This document shows, piece after piece, positions 21,100 to 29,642 of a DNA stretch of 54,171 nucleotides. Both the position numbers and the translations under genes were made by a program. Under the pieces are notes generated by a model, which was not told the origin of the DNA, did no database searches, and was given only the letters and a program-made list of their open reading frames with translations. Within the stretch, counting starts at the first letter, position 1. Every line of letters begins with the position of its first letter. Origin of the DNA: Deltaproteobacteria bacterium (GTDB lineage: Bacteria; Myxococcota_A; UBA9160; SMWR01); assembly GCA_032128375.1 (NCBI GenBank), contig JAQBGU010000225.1, positions 1 to 54,171 of the forward strand, written 5' to 3'.

Positions 21100-22028
21100 G
21101 CGCTGCGACCTCGGTCGATACCTCAGTCGATCTCGGCGGAATCCCGTTGCGCAATCCAGTGCTTACGGCCTCCGGGACGTTCGGCTACGGAACGGAATTT
21201 TCACCGTTTCTCGACTTGCGACGACTTGGCGGTTTCGTGGCCAAGAGCCTCACGCTAGAACCGCGAGTCGGCAATCCACCACCGCGAATCGCCGAGGCCC
21301 CCTCAGCGATGCTCAACGCGATCAGTCTGGAAAACGTCGGCGTCGATGAGTTCATTCGCACCAAGCTTCCGGCGATTCCCGACGGTGTGACGGTGATAGC
21401 GAGCGCGTTCGAAACCGAAATCGATCGCTACGCGGAAGTGTGTGCCCGTCTGTCGGGTGTTCCGCGGATCGCGGGTCTGGAGATCAACGCTTCGTGCCCG
21501 CACGTGTAGAGCGGTGGCATCGAGTTCGGGCAGGATCCTGCGGTGCTCGCCCAACTGGTCGCAGCCGCGAGACGCGCAACATTGGGGCCGCTACTGGTGA
21601 AATTGTCCCCCAACGTCACCCACATCGCGGAAATGGCTCGGGTCTGCGAGGGAGAAGGCGCGGACGCAGTCTCGCTGATCAACGCCGTACAAGCCCTCGA
21701 GATCGATACTGCGACCCGCCGACCCGTGCTTGCGAACGGGCTGGGGGGGCTGTCGGGGCCCGCGATCCGACCGATCGCGCTCCGGATGGTGTGGCAAGCT
21801 GCCCAGGCGGTCTCGATCCCAATCTGCGGAATCGGAGGGATCGAGTCCGCCGACGATGCGATCAAGTTTCTGTTGGCCGGCGCAACCGCTGTCCAAGTCG
21901 GAACGGCCAATTACCTGCGCCCCGCGATAGGGGGCGAAATCGCCGATGGGATGGCCGCATACGCCAGAGAACACGGTTGCGAGCGTCTCGCGGACCTGGT
22001 CGGTCAGCTCGAGTTTCCTTCGCGCTGA
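21096..22028 (+). pseudogene. pyrD: Dihydroorotate dehydrogenase B catalytic subunit interrupted by one in-frame TAG (21507-21509)
   Basis: ORFs 20979-21509 and 21543-22028 share a frame: NPVLTASGTFG...EINASCPHV-TAG-SGGIEFGQDP...VKLSPNV...GGLSGPAIRP...GIGGI...AGATAVQVGTAN. Confidence 0.85.
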
Positions 22029-22170
22029 AATTGCCGGCGGCGACATACTTCGTTATGTTCCGCGGGCTTACGTGGGCATCAGTGGGTTGCATTGCACCCG
22101 GACGCGACGTCCTGTCAGGACGACAAGGCCGGGACGATGCGGCGCGATCGGTGTGATTCGATCGATTCTG

Positions 22171-22253
22171 GGTCAAGGTTCTGCACAGGGTTCTATCAGG
22201 GCAAGGGTCGGTCGAGGTCTGGTCAAGGGTTAGTGAAGGGTTAGTCAAGGTTC
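22171..22253 (+). repeat. Degenerate 11-bp direct repeats
   Basis: ggtcaaggttc (22171), then ggtcgaggtct, ggtcaagggtt, agtgaagggtt, agtcaaggttc in tandem at 22210-22253. Confidence 0.65.
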
Positions 22254-22263
22254 GGTGTCGTCG

Positions 22264-22290
22264 AAAGTGGGCTGGAGGTCCGCTTTTTTT
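22264..22290 (+). terminator. Intrinsic terminator/attenuator hairpin in the rimP-nusA-infB leader
   Basis: aaagtgggc-tggag-gtccgcttt stem (two G-U pairs) whose 3' arm runs into a T7 tract; resembles the GTGGGC...GCCCAC attenuator often seen upstream of rimP. Confidence 0.65.
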
Positions 22291-22432
22291 GTTTCTGGGG
22301 CTAGCTGCGGTAGGCGCCTTTCAGAGTTGGGCATCCGCGGATGCGGATGCGGAAAGTGGGAACCGAGAGTCGCGTATAGGAGTCAGAGTCACAGGGTCGA
22401 TGTCAGAAAGTCGAAATGGAGAGTCCCGAAAA

Positions 22433-22513
22433 AAATCAAGAAATCGCGAAATCAAATATCAAATATTGAAAATCGAAAATCGACAATCAAAAGCAGCAGG
22501 CAGCAGGCAGCGA
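22433..22513 (+). repeat. A-rich 8-mer and 7-mer tandem repeats followed by gcagcag heptamers
   Basis: aaatcaag, aaatcgcg; aaatatc, aaatatt, gaaaatc, gaaaatc, gacaatc; gcagcag, gcagcag, gcagcga, ending just before the rimP start. Confidence 0.75.
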
Positions 22514-22526
22514 ACAGGAAGACAGG

Positions 22527-23174
22527 ATGTATCGAGACATCCCGGAGGAATTGCGCATTTTGATCGAACCGGTCGTAGCAGACGCGGGGCTCGAGCTCGT
22601 CGACGTGTCGTTGGCGCGCGGTGGTCATCCCTGGAACCTGCGCATCACCGTGGATACGCTGATCGGTGATGGTTGCGTTCCGGTCGATCACTGTGCCCGG
22701 ATCGCGCGAGAAGTCGGAACGCAGCTGGATGTCGCCGATGGGATTGAATCTGCCTATCGACTGGAGGTTTCGTCGCCTGGCTTGGATCGGGTCCTGGCGC
22801 GCGAGAAGGATTTCGCCAGTTCGTGCGGTTCCGAGGTGCAAGTCGAAACCAAGAATCCGGTCGCTGGCCGACGAAGGTTTCGCGGCATTCTGCTGTCGTT
22901 CGAAGGCAACGTCGCAAGCATCGATGTCGACGGCGTCGAATCGAAGGTTCCGTTTGAGGAAGTCTCGAAAGCGAAACGGTTTTACGAGTTCTCTTCGGCT
23001 GACTTCAATCAACACAAGAATCAACACAAGAATCAGCGCGAGAACGAGGACGAGAACCCGGCGAAGCGTGGCGAAACCAGTAGCGGAGGCAGACACGGAC
23101 GCGGACGCAGCAATCAGCGTGGCGGAAAGACGGCCGAACCAACGAGCGGAAGAACCGCTGGAATAGACGGCTGA
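22527..23174 (+). CDS. rimP: Ribosome maturation factor RimP with extended C-terminal tail
   Basis: GLELVDV, YRLEVSSPGLDR and GRRRFRG motifs; first gene of the nusA-infB operon. Confidence 0.95.
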   Translation: MYRDIPEELRILIEPVVADAGLELVDVSLARGGHPWNLRITVDTLIGDGCVPVDHCARIAREVGTQLDVADGIESAYRLEVSSPGLDRVLAREKDFASSCGSEVQVETKNPVAGRRRFRGILLSFEGNVASIDVDGVESKVPFEEVSKAKRFYEFSSADFNQHKNQHKNQRENEDENPAKRGETSSGGRHGRGRSNQRGGKTAEPTSGRTAGIDG

Positions 23175-23198
23175 GCCGAAGGAAGGGGGATCTCAACG

Positions 23199-24623
23199 AT
23201 GACAGATGGACTGGGACTGAAACGAGAAATCGCTCAGGTCGCCAAGGATAAGGGCATCGACGCGAACGAGATCATTGGTGCGCTCGAAGAAGCGATGAAG
23301 CAGGCCGCTCGCCGCGAGCGCGGTCTCGAAATCGAGATCGACGCCAAGTTCAATCCCGACTTGGGCGAAGTCGAGCTGTTCGAGTTTCGGGAGGTAGTTG
23401 AAGGCACCACATCAGCAGAAACCGAGATCACGATCGCCGCGGCGCGCGAACTCGACCCCGGGGCGGAAATCGGCGACGAGATCGGCGTCAAGATGGATAC
23501 TTCCGGCTTCGGGCGGATTCTCGCGCAGACCGCCAAGCAGGTGATCATCCAACGGATCCGCGAAGCCGAGCGCGACAATGTCTTCGAAGAGTACAAAGAT
23601 CGGAAGGGTGAGATCGTCAACGGGATCGTCCGACGCTTCGAAAAGGGAGCGATCATCGTCGATCTGGGCCGCACCGAAGCGGTCCTTCCGCTCAAAGAGC
23701 AGGTGCCCCGCGAGAACTACCGGCCCAACGACCGGATTCGCGCCTATGTGATCGATGTCAACCGGGCGGCCAAGGGGTCGCAGGTGGTGCTTTCGCGAAC
23801 TTGCATGGAGATGCTGACGAAGTTGTTCGAGCAGGAAGTGCCCGAGATGTACGAAGGGATCGTGACGATTCGATCGGCCGCGCGCGAGCCCGGGGGCCGC
23901 TCCAAGATAGCCGTAGTCTCGCGCGACAGCGACGTCGACCCCGTTGGTGCCTGCGTGGGCATGAAGGGGAGTCGGGTTCAGGCGGTTGTTCAGGAACTAC
24001 GCGGAGAAAGAATCGACATCGTACCGTGGAGCCCTGACCCGGCTCGCTACGTGTGCACGGCTCTTTCTCCCGCACAGGTCTCCAAGGTCATCATTGACGA
24101 CGCGGCCCAATCGATGGATGTCATCGTTCCCGATGACCAACTGTCGCTCGCAATCGGACGCAAGGGTCAAAATGTGCGCCTCGCCGTCCAGCTAACCGGT
24201 TGGAAAATCGACATCAAGAGCGAGTCGAAGATGCGCGAGCTCGCGCGGTGGTTGTCCGAGGCTGTTTCGGTTGTCGAGGGCTGCGGAGATCCGGAGGCCG
24301 AACTGCTGCTCCAGCAGGGCATTACGTCCCTCGAAGATCTCAAAAAATGTGATATCGAACTACTCTCATCATTTCCCGGTATCGACATCGCCGGAGGTGA
24401 GGCGATCAAGCTGCGGGCAGGGGAACTCGTTGTTCGCAAGATCGAGGAAGAGGCAGCTCGGATCGAACAAGCGCGCGTCGACGCTGAGCAGGCCGCCGAG
24501 CAGGCAGCGGCTGCCAGGGCCGCCGCCGCGGCTGCGGAAGCCGAGCAGACAAGGGATGGATCGGAAGAGCTCGTCGAGGAGCCAGGCAGCGAGGATGGCA
24601 CGCCGGCTGGTGCGATCAGCTAG
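23199..24623 (+). CDS. nusA: Transcription termination/antitermination factor NusA
   Basis: FGRILAQTAKQVI, REPGGRSKIAV, DPVGACVGMKGSRV and LAIGRKGQNVRLA motifs. Confidence 0.98.
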   Translation: MTDGLGLKREIAQVAKDKGIDANEIIGALEEAMKQAARRERGLEIEIDAKFNPDLGEVELFEFREVVEGTTSAETEITIAAARELDPGAEIGDEIGVKMDTSGFGRILAQTAKQVIIQRIREAERDNVFEEYKDRKGEIVNGIVRRFEKGAIIVDLGRTEAVLPLKEQVPRENYRPNDRIRAYVIDVNRAAKGSQVVLSRTCMEMLTKLFEQEVPEMYEGIVTIRSAAREPGGRSKIAVVSRDSDVDPVGACVGMKGSRVQAVVQELRGERIDIVPWSPDPARYVCTALSPAQVSKVIIDDAAQSMDVIVPDDQLSLAIGRKGQNVRLAVQLTGWKIDIKSESKMRELARWLSEAVSVVEGCGDPEAELLLQQGITSLEDLKKCDIELLSSFPGIDIAGGEAIKLRAGELVVRKIEEEAARIEQARVDAEQAAEQAAAARAAAAAAEAEQTRDGSEELVEEPGSEDGTPAGAIS

Positions 24624-24715
24624 CGGGCGAAGCAATACAGCGCATTCGGGCGGCGCTTGCGCCGGACCGTTTGCCCCGGACCCATGGGTCCGGACCAATG
24701 GGATGTAATCGAAGT

Positions 24716-27208
24716 ATGGCAAACATCAGGGCGTACAAGCTGGCCGAGGAATTGGGCATCGATCGGGTCCAGTTCGTCGAAAAGGCAGCCGCATTGGGGA
24801 TCACGCTGAAGAGCGCGATGGCCGGGGTTCCCGAAGATGAGGCCGAGCTGCTGCGCAAGAAACTCGGCGCCAAGACCCGCGACCACGACGTCACGGAGTC
24901 TCGGGTCGCTGCGAAGGGTGGGGCGGTCATCCGTCGCCGCAAGCGCAAGGTCGAGCCTGAGCCCGAACCCGAACCCGTTGTCGAGGCGGTATCGTCCGAA
25001 CCCGTCCCTGACTCCGGCCCGGGCTCCATCTCAGAGATGGAGATTCCCGGCCCCAGCGAAATCGCCCAGCACGGCATCGAGCCGACCGAGACAGCGGCCG
25101 AACCGGTCTCTGAGCCAGCGTTCGAGCACGCCGCGCCGATCGCTGCGGTTGACGCACCTGAGGCGCCAGAGACAACACCGCGATCGAAGCCCGCCAGCGC
25201 AGCGCCCGGACCCACCAAGGAGAGGGAAAAGGACAAAGATCGTGGCACCACCACGGATCCAAAGACCGGCAAGCAGCGCAAGCTCGTGCGAGAGGTCGTC
25301 AACCTGCAGGAGCAGGAACGACTCGCCAGGCAAGCGACCAGCCGTACCCAGCTGCGGCGCCCAGTGCAAATCGACCCGCGGGCGATGCAATCGCCGCGCC
25401 GTAAGCGCCGCGATGCGCTGCCCGTCAAGAAGCCGGCCGCATCGAAGGAATCCCAGAAGGTGGTCCGCATCGAAGGAAGCGTCTCCGTAGCGGACCTGGC
25501 TCGCATGCTCGGCGCCAAGGCGCCCGAGGTCCAGCGAAAGTTGATGGCACACGGAACCATGGTGTCGATCAATCAGTCGATCGACCTGTCGACTGCCAGC
25601 CAGGTATCTGCTGAGTTCGGCTACGATGTTCAGGACGTCGGCTTCCAGGAAGGCGAGTTCATCCAGGCCGGCGCGAACGCAGACGAGGCCAACGTCAGCA
25701 CACGCCCGCCGGTGATTACAGTGATGGGTCACGTCGACCACGGCAAAACCACGCTACTCGACGCGATCCGCCAGCAGAACGTTGCCTCGTCCGAGGCCGG
25801 CGGAATCACGCAGCACCTCGGTGCGTACCAGGTAGAGGTCGGTGGCAAAGCGCTGACCTTCATCGACACGCCGGGTCACGCAGCCTTCACCGATATGCGC
25901 GCTCGCGGCGCCAACGCCACCGACATCGTGATCCTGGTGGTCGCGGCGACGGATGGCATCATGCCCCAGACGATCGAGGCCATTGAGCACTCGAGGGCTG
26001 CGCGTGTACCGATCATCGTCGCTATCAATAAGTGCGACCTTCCCGGTGCAAATTCCCAAGGGGCGCGAACCCGCCTGATGGAGCACGGGTTGGTCTCGGA
26101 GGAGTTTGGCGGGGAGACGATTTGTGTCGACATCTCCGCGTTGAAGGGAGAGGGCCTGCCCAAGCTTCTCGAAATGGTCTCGCTTCAAGCTGAGTTGCTC
26201 GAACTCACCGCGGATGTGAAGCGGCGGGCATCGGGAGTCGTGCTGGAATCGCGGCTCGACAAGGGACGCGGCCCGGTAGCGACAATTCTGATCCAAGAAG
26301 GCACGCTGAATCGCGGAGACAACTTCGTCGTCGGGACCTGCTTTGGGCGCGTTCGCGCGATCGAGGACGAATTCGGCAATCGCTTGAAGACGGCTGGACC
26401 CTCGATGCCGGTTCAGCTCATCGGCATGTCAGGAGTGCCCGAGTGCGGACAGCTGTTCAACGCGGTCAAAGACGAGCGGGCGGCCAAGGAGATCATCGAC
26501 CATCGCCTCTCCGAACTGCGCAAGGAGCCGGATTCCGGACCGGCAACGTTCACACTCGACGAGTTCTTCGATCGTATGGACGGTGTCGGCACCAAGGAAC
26601 TCGGCGTTATCGTCAAGGGAGATGTGCACGGTTCAGTCGGCGCGATTACCAACGCGCTCGCCAAGCTGTCGACTGATGACGTCAAGGTCAACGTGATCCT
26701 GTCGGGGGTCGGCGCGATTACGAAAGATGACGTCATGCTCGCCAAGGCGAGCGATGCGCTCGTGCTTGGGTTCAACGTCCGACCCGACCCCTCGGGCAGA
26801 AGCACTGCAGCCGAGCAGGGAGTCGAAATCCGCAACTACCGGATCATCTACGAGTTGCTCGACGAGGTGAAGCAGGCGATGGCCGGACTCTTGCCGCCGA
26901 CGGTGACCGAGTTGATTGGCGGTCGCGCCGAGATCCGCGAGACCTTCACGGTGCCGAAGGTGGGAACCATCGCAGGTTCGTACGTGGTTGAAGGCTCGAT
27001 TCGGCGCGGCGCGCTGTGTCGTCTGATTCGCGACGGGGTCGAGGTTTTCCCGGGACGAGTCGGGTCCCTCAGGCGATTCAAGGATGACGCTCGCGAGGTC
27101 AACAACGGGTTCGAGTGTGGCATCGGAATCGAGGGTTACAACGACGTGAAGATCGGTGACATCATCGAGACGTACGTACTCGAGGAGAAGCCCGCCATCC
27201 TCGAATGA
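24716..27208 (+). CDS. infB: Translation initiation factor IF-2
   Basis: RPPVITVMGHVDHGKTTLLD, DTPGHAAFT, INKCD and GFECGI motifs; start at 'MANIRAYKLAEEL'. Confidence 0.98.
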   Translation: MANIRAYKLAEELGIDRVQFVEKAAALGITLKSAMAGVPEDEAELLRKKLGAKTRDHDVTESRVAAKGGAVIRRRKRKVEPEPEPEPVVEAVSSEPVPDSGPGSISEMEIPGPSEIAQHGIEPTETAAEPVSEPAFEHAAPIAAVDAPEAPETTPRSKPASAAPGPTKEREKDKDRGTTTDPKTGKQRKLVREVVNLQEQERLARQATSRTQLRRPVQIDPRAMQSPRRKRRDALPVKKPAASKESQKVVRIEGSVSVADLARMLGAKAPEVQRKLMAHGTMVSINQSIDLSTASQVSAEFGYDVQDVGFQEGEFIQAGANADEANVSTRPPVITVMGHVDHGKTTLLDAIRQQNVASSEAGGITQHLGAYQVEVGGKALTFIDTPGHAAFTDMRARGANATDIVILVVAATDGIMPQTIEAIEHSRAARVPIIVAINKCDLPGANSQGARTRLMEHGLVSEEFGGETICVDISALKGEGLPKLLEMVSLQAELLELTADVKRRASGVVLESRLDKGRGPVATILIQEGTLNRGDNFVVGTCFGRVRAIEDEFGNRLKTAGPSMPVQLIGMSGVPECGQLFNAVKDERAAKEIIDHRLSELRKEPDSGPATFTLDEFFDRMDGVGTKELGVIVKGDVHGSVGAITNALAKLSTDDVKVNVILSGVGAITKDDVMLAKASDALVLGFNVRPDPSGRSTAAEQGVEIRNYRIIYELLDEVKQAMAGLLPPTVTELIGGRAEIRETFTVPKVGTIAGSYVVEGSIRRGALCRLIRDGVEVFPGRVGSLRRFKDDAREVNNGFECGIGIEGYNDVKIGDIIETYVLEEKPAILE

Positions 27209-27549
27209 TTGTCGCAGCGGCGGTCGTCGAGATTCGAATTCACGGTTCGCAGTCGCTAAAGGCCAAGCGCGGCGTGGTCCGCTCGATCACGCAACGCGTC
27301 CGAAACCGATTCAACTTGTCAGTGGCTGAAGTGGGCGGACAGCAGACCTGGCAACGCGCAGAGCTGGGTTTGTGCGCGGTGGGCGCGGATCGCGGCTACA
27401 CGCGTGGCCTGTTGGAACGGGCGATCGAATTCATCGAAGAGTTGCACCTGGCCGAAGTCATTGCGGCCGACATCGAGATCGTGAACCTGCCTTACGAACC
27501 GCACGCCTACGAAGACTCATCGGGTGATGAGCCCGACCCTGAGGATTGA
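27205..27549 (+). CDS. DUF503 (YlxP) family protein
   Basis: 'SLKAKRGVVRS...RNRFNLSVAEVG.Q.TWQRAELG'; usual position between infB and rbfA. Confidence 0.9.
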   Translation: MIVAAAVVEIRIHGSQSLKAKRGVVRSITQRVRNRFNLSVAEVGGQQTWQRAELGLCAVGADRGYTRGLLERAIEFIEELHLAEVIAADIEIVNLPYEPHAYEDSSGDEPDPED

Positions 27550-27552
27550 TCC

Positions 27553-27996
27553 ATGTCACGCCGAACCGAACGCATCGCTGAGCAGCTGCGCAGCGAGATC
27601 GCTCGCGTGCTGAGCGTCGAAGCGACTGACCCCAGGATCCGTTTCGTGACGTTGACGCGCGTCGACGTGGCTCCCGATTTGAGTCGCGCCGTGGTGTTCT
27701 GGAGCGCGATCGACAGCGAAAGCGCCGAATCGGTCGAGCAGGTCGGCGCCGGTTTGCGCAGCGCAGCATCGTTTGTGCGCAGCCGCCTCGCACAGGTGCT
27801 GCCTTTGCGACGAGTTCCCGAGCTTCATTTTCGGTTCGATCCCTCACTCGTAAAGGGAGACGAGATGCTGGCGTTGCTCCGGACTCTCTCCTCCGACCGG
27901 GCGAAGACCGAGTCCGCGACGGAACACGATCCGGATGCAGCCGACGCGGCCATTGAATCCCCGCCAGCAGAGAGTACCGATGGCAAATCGACGTAG
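27553..27996 (+). CDS. rbfA: 30S ribosome-binding factor A
   Basis: RTERIAEQLR, DPRI..VT.TRV.VAPDL and LRRVPELHFRFD motifs. Confidence 0.95.
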   Translation: MSRRTERIAEQLRSEIARVLSVEATDPRIRFVTLTRVDVAPDLSRAVVFWSAIDSESAESVEQVGAGLRSAASFVRSRLAQVLPLRRVPELHFRFDPSLVKGDEMLALLRTLSSDRAKTESATEHDPDAADAAIESPPAESTDGKST

Positions 27997-28912
27997 ACGC
28001 CCGCCCGAACGGCCGGGACCCGCTGGATTTCTGGTAGTCGACAAGCCGCAGGGCTGGACATCGCACGCGGTGGTGGCAGCCGCGCGAAAGTGGCTGGGGA
28101 CCCAGCGAATCGGACACCTGGGCACCTTGGATCCACGAGCGACCGGTGTTCTGCCGTTGGCTGTTCGCAGCGCGACGAAGCTGCTGCCGTTTATGGAATC
28201 GGAACGCAAGCGCTACATCGGAACGATTGCTCTCGGCTCTCGAACCGACACGCTCGACGCCGACGGGAAAGTGATCGAGCGCTTCGAGGGCGCGTTGCCG
28301 AACGAAATTCGGATCGCCGAGGCACTTGGACAGTTCCTCGGACCCATCGAGCAGATTCCGCCGATGTACAGCGCAGTGAAGCAGGCGGGAGTGCCGCTGC
28401 ATCGCATCGCTCGCGAAGGTCGAGAGGTCGAGCGGGCGCCCAAGTCCGTCTGTATCGACCGGCTCGAAATTGTCTCGTATGCCGAACCGCTGCTCGAGAT
28501 CGAGGTGGATTGTTCTCCAGGAACCTACGTCCGCACGCTGGCGGACGATTTGGGCACGCTTCTCGGATGCGGAGCGCACCTCGAGAGCCTGCGCAGGACC
28601 CGGAGCGGGCCGTTCCTGATCGACCAGGCCATGACGGTGGAGGAATTGGCGGATGAAGCTGCCCGCAACAAACTCGATGAGAGGGTGATTCCACCCATTC
28701 AACCCATTGGGCTGCCAATCGTCCAATTGGGGCCTGAGGAGGCCCGTAGGGTGTTGAACGGCTGCGAGATTGGGGCCTCTGCGAAGTTGATACCAGGCGG
28801 GCGGGTGGCTGCTTTGGCGCCGGGTGGCGAACTACTTGCCATCATGGAGATCTTGCCGGGGCGCCGGCTCCACCCACTGCGCGTGCTGCCACCTGTTGCC
28901 GCAGCGACGTGA
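27980..28912 (+). CDS. truB: tRNA pseudouridine(55) synthase
   Basis: VDKPQGWTSH, GHLGTLDP, QIPPMYSAVK and CSPGTYVRTL motifs. Confidence 0.97.
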   Translation: MANRRRRPPERPGPAGFLVVDKPQGWTSHAVVAAARKWLGTQRIGHLGTLDPRATGVLPLAVRSATKLLPFMESERKRYIGTIALGSRTDTLDADGKVIERFEGALPNEIRIAEALGQFLGPIEQIPPMYSAVKQAGVPLHRIAREGREVERAPKSVCIDRLEIVSYAEPLLEIEVDCSPGTYVRTLADDLGTLLGCGAHLESLRRTRSGPFLIDQAMTVEELADEAARNKLDERVIPPIQPIGLPIVQLGPEEARRVLNGCEIGASAKLIPGGRVAALAPGGELLAIMEILPGRRLHPLRVLPPVAAAT

Positions 28913-29148
28913 CCCTGTACACTCAGCCGCGGGGTCGTGAGTCCGAGCGCCCGCTGGGTCACTCGCACCGCGATGATCACTGTGTCACAGCATTCTGCGC
29001 CACGACCCCAGAAGCGCCAGCCCTTCGAGGCTGAGTTTTTCGAGAAATTTCAAATTGAGGCTGGTAGGTTCACGGCAGTCAATATCGCCATCAATGGATT
29101 TTCACAAGCAGGATCTTCAAGATCAAGATTTTTCAGGAGAGGCCGAAG

Positions 29149-29415
29149 TTGATATCGAAAGCTGCCAAATCCAACGCAATCGAGTCCTACCGGACCCACG
29201 GAACTGACACCGGTTCCCCCGAAGTCCAGGTTGCTCTGATCACCGAAAGAATCAACGGCCTCTCCGATCATTTCAAGACACACACGAAAGATCATCATTC
29301 GCGCCGCGGTCTGCTCCGATTGGTCAGCCGCAGAAAGCGCTTACTCGATTACCTAAGGAGAAACGGTCCAGATCGGTACCAAGCACTCATCCAGAGCTTG
29401 GGCCTACGCCGCTGA
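29149..29415 (+). CDS. rpsO: 30S ribosomal protein S15
   Basis: [21 protein letters not shown] and LGLRR motifs; AGGAG RBS with TTG start. Confidence 0.97.
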   Translation: MISKAAKSNAIESYRTHGTDTGSPEVQVALITERINGLSDHFKTHTKDHHSRRGLLRLVSRRKRLLDYLRRNGPDRYQALIQSLGLRR

Positions 29416-29481
29416 AAATCGGCAGGACCTTCATGCACCGAATTTTTCGGTAGCTGCAACCCGCGCGGCACGACGTGAGCT

Positions 29482-29576
29482 GCGCTTGGGGGTGCGGAAC
29501 TCCGTCATACGCGAAGCCGCAAAGCAGGCAAAAATCTTGCGACTTCGCGCATCACCGATTCCGCATTCCAAAGCGT
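29482..29576 (+). promoter_or_regulatory. Long imperfect hairpin in the pnp leader (RNase III-site-like)
   Basis: gcgcttgggggtgcggaa pairs imperfectly with ttccgcattccaaagcgt; inner gcgaagccgcaa pairs with ttgcgacttcgc. Confidence 0.6.
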
Positions 29577-29642
29577 CTCCCGCTTCGATCCTCCCGCCGC
29601 CATTACGAAATCCGACACAGGTCGGATTGGAGACGTCAAACA

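Noticed and set aside
21510..21570. Possible readthrough-stimulating hairpin after the pyrD TAG (includes palindrome gcaggatcctgc)
   Set aside because: Weak pairing of this kind is expected in GC-rich coding DNA; it cannot be supported without covariation.
22255..22669. Short ORFs across the pyrD-rimP spacer
   Set aside because: They translate low-complexity repeats, cross a terminator hairpin and overlap rimP out of frame.
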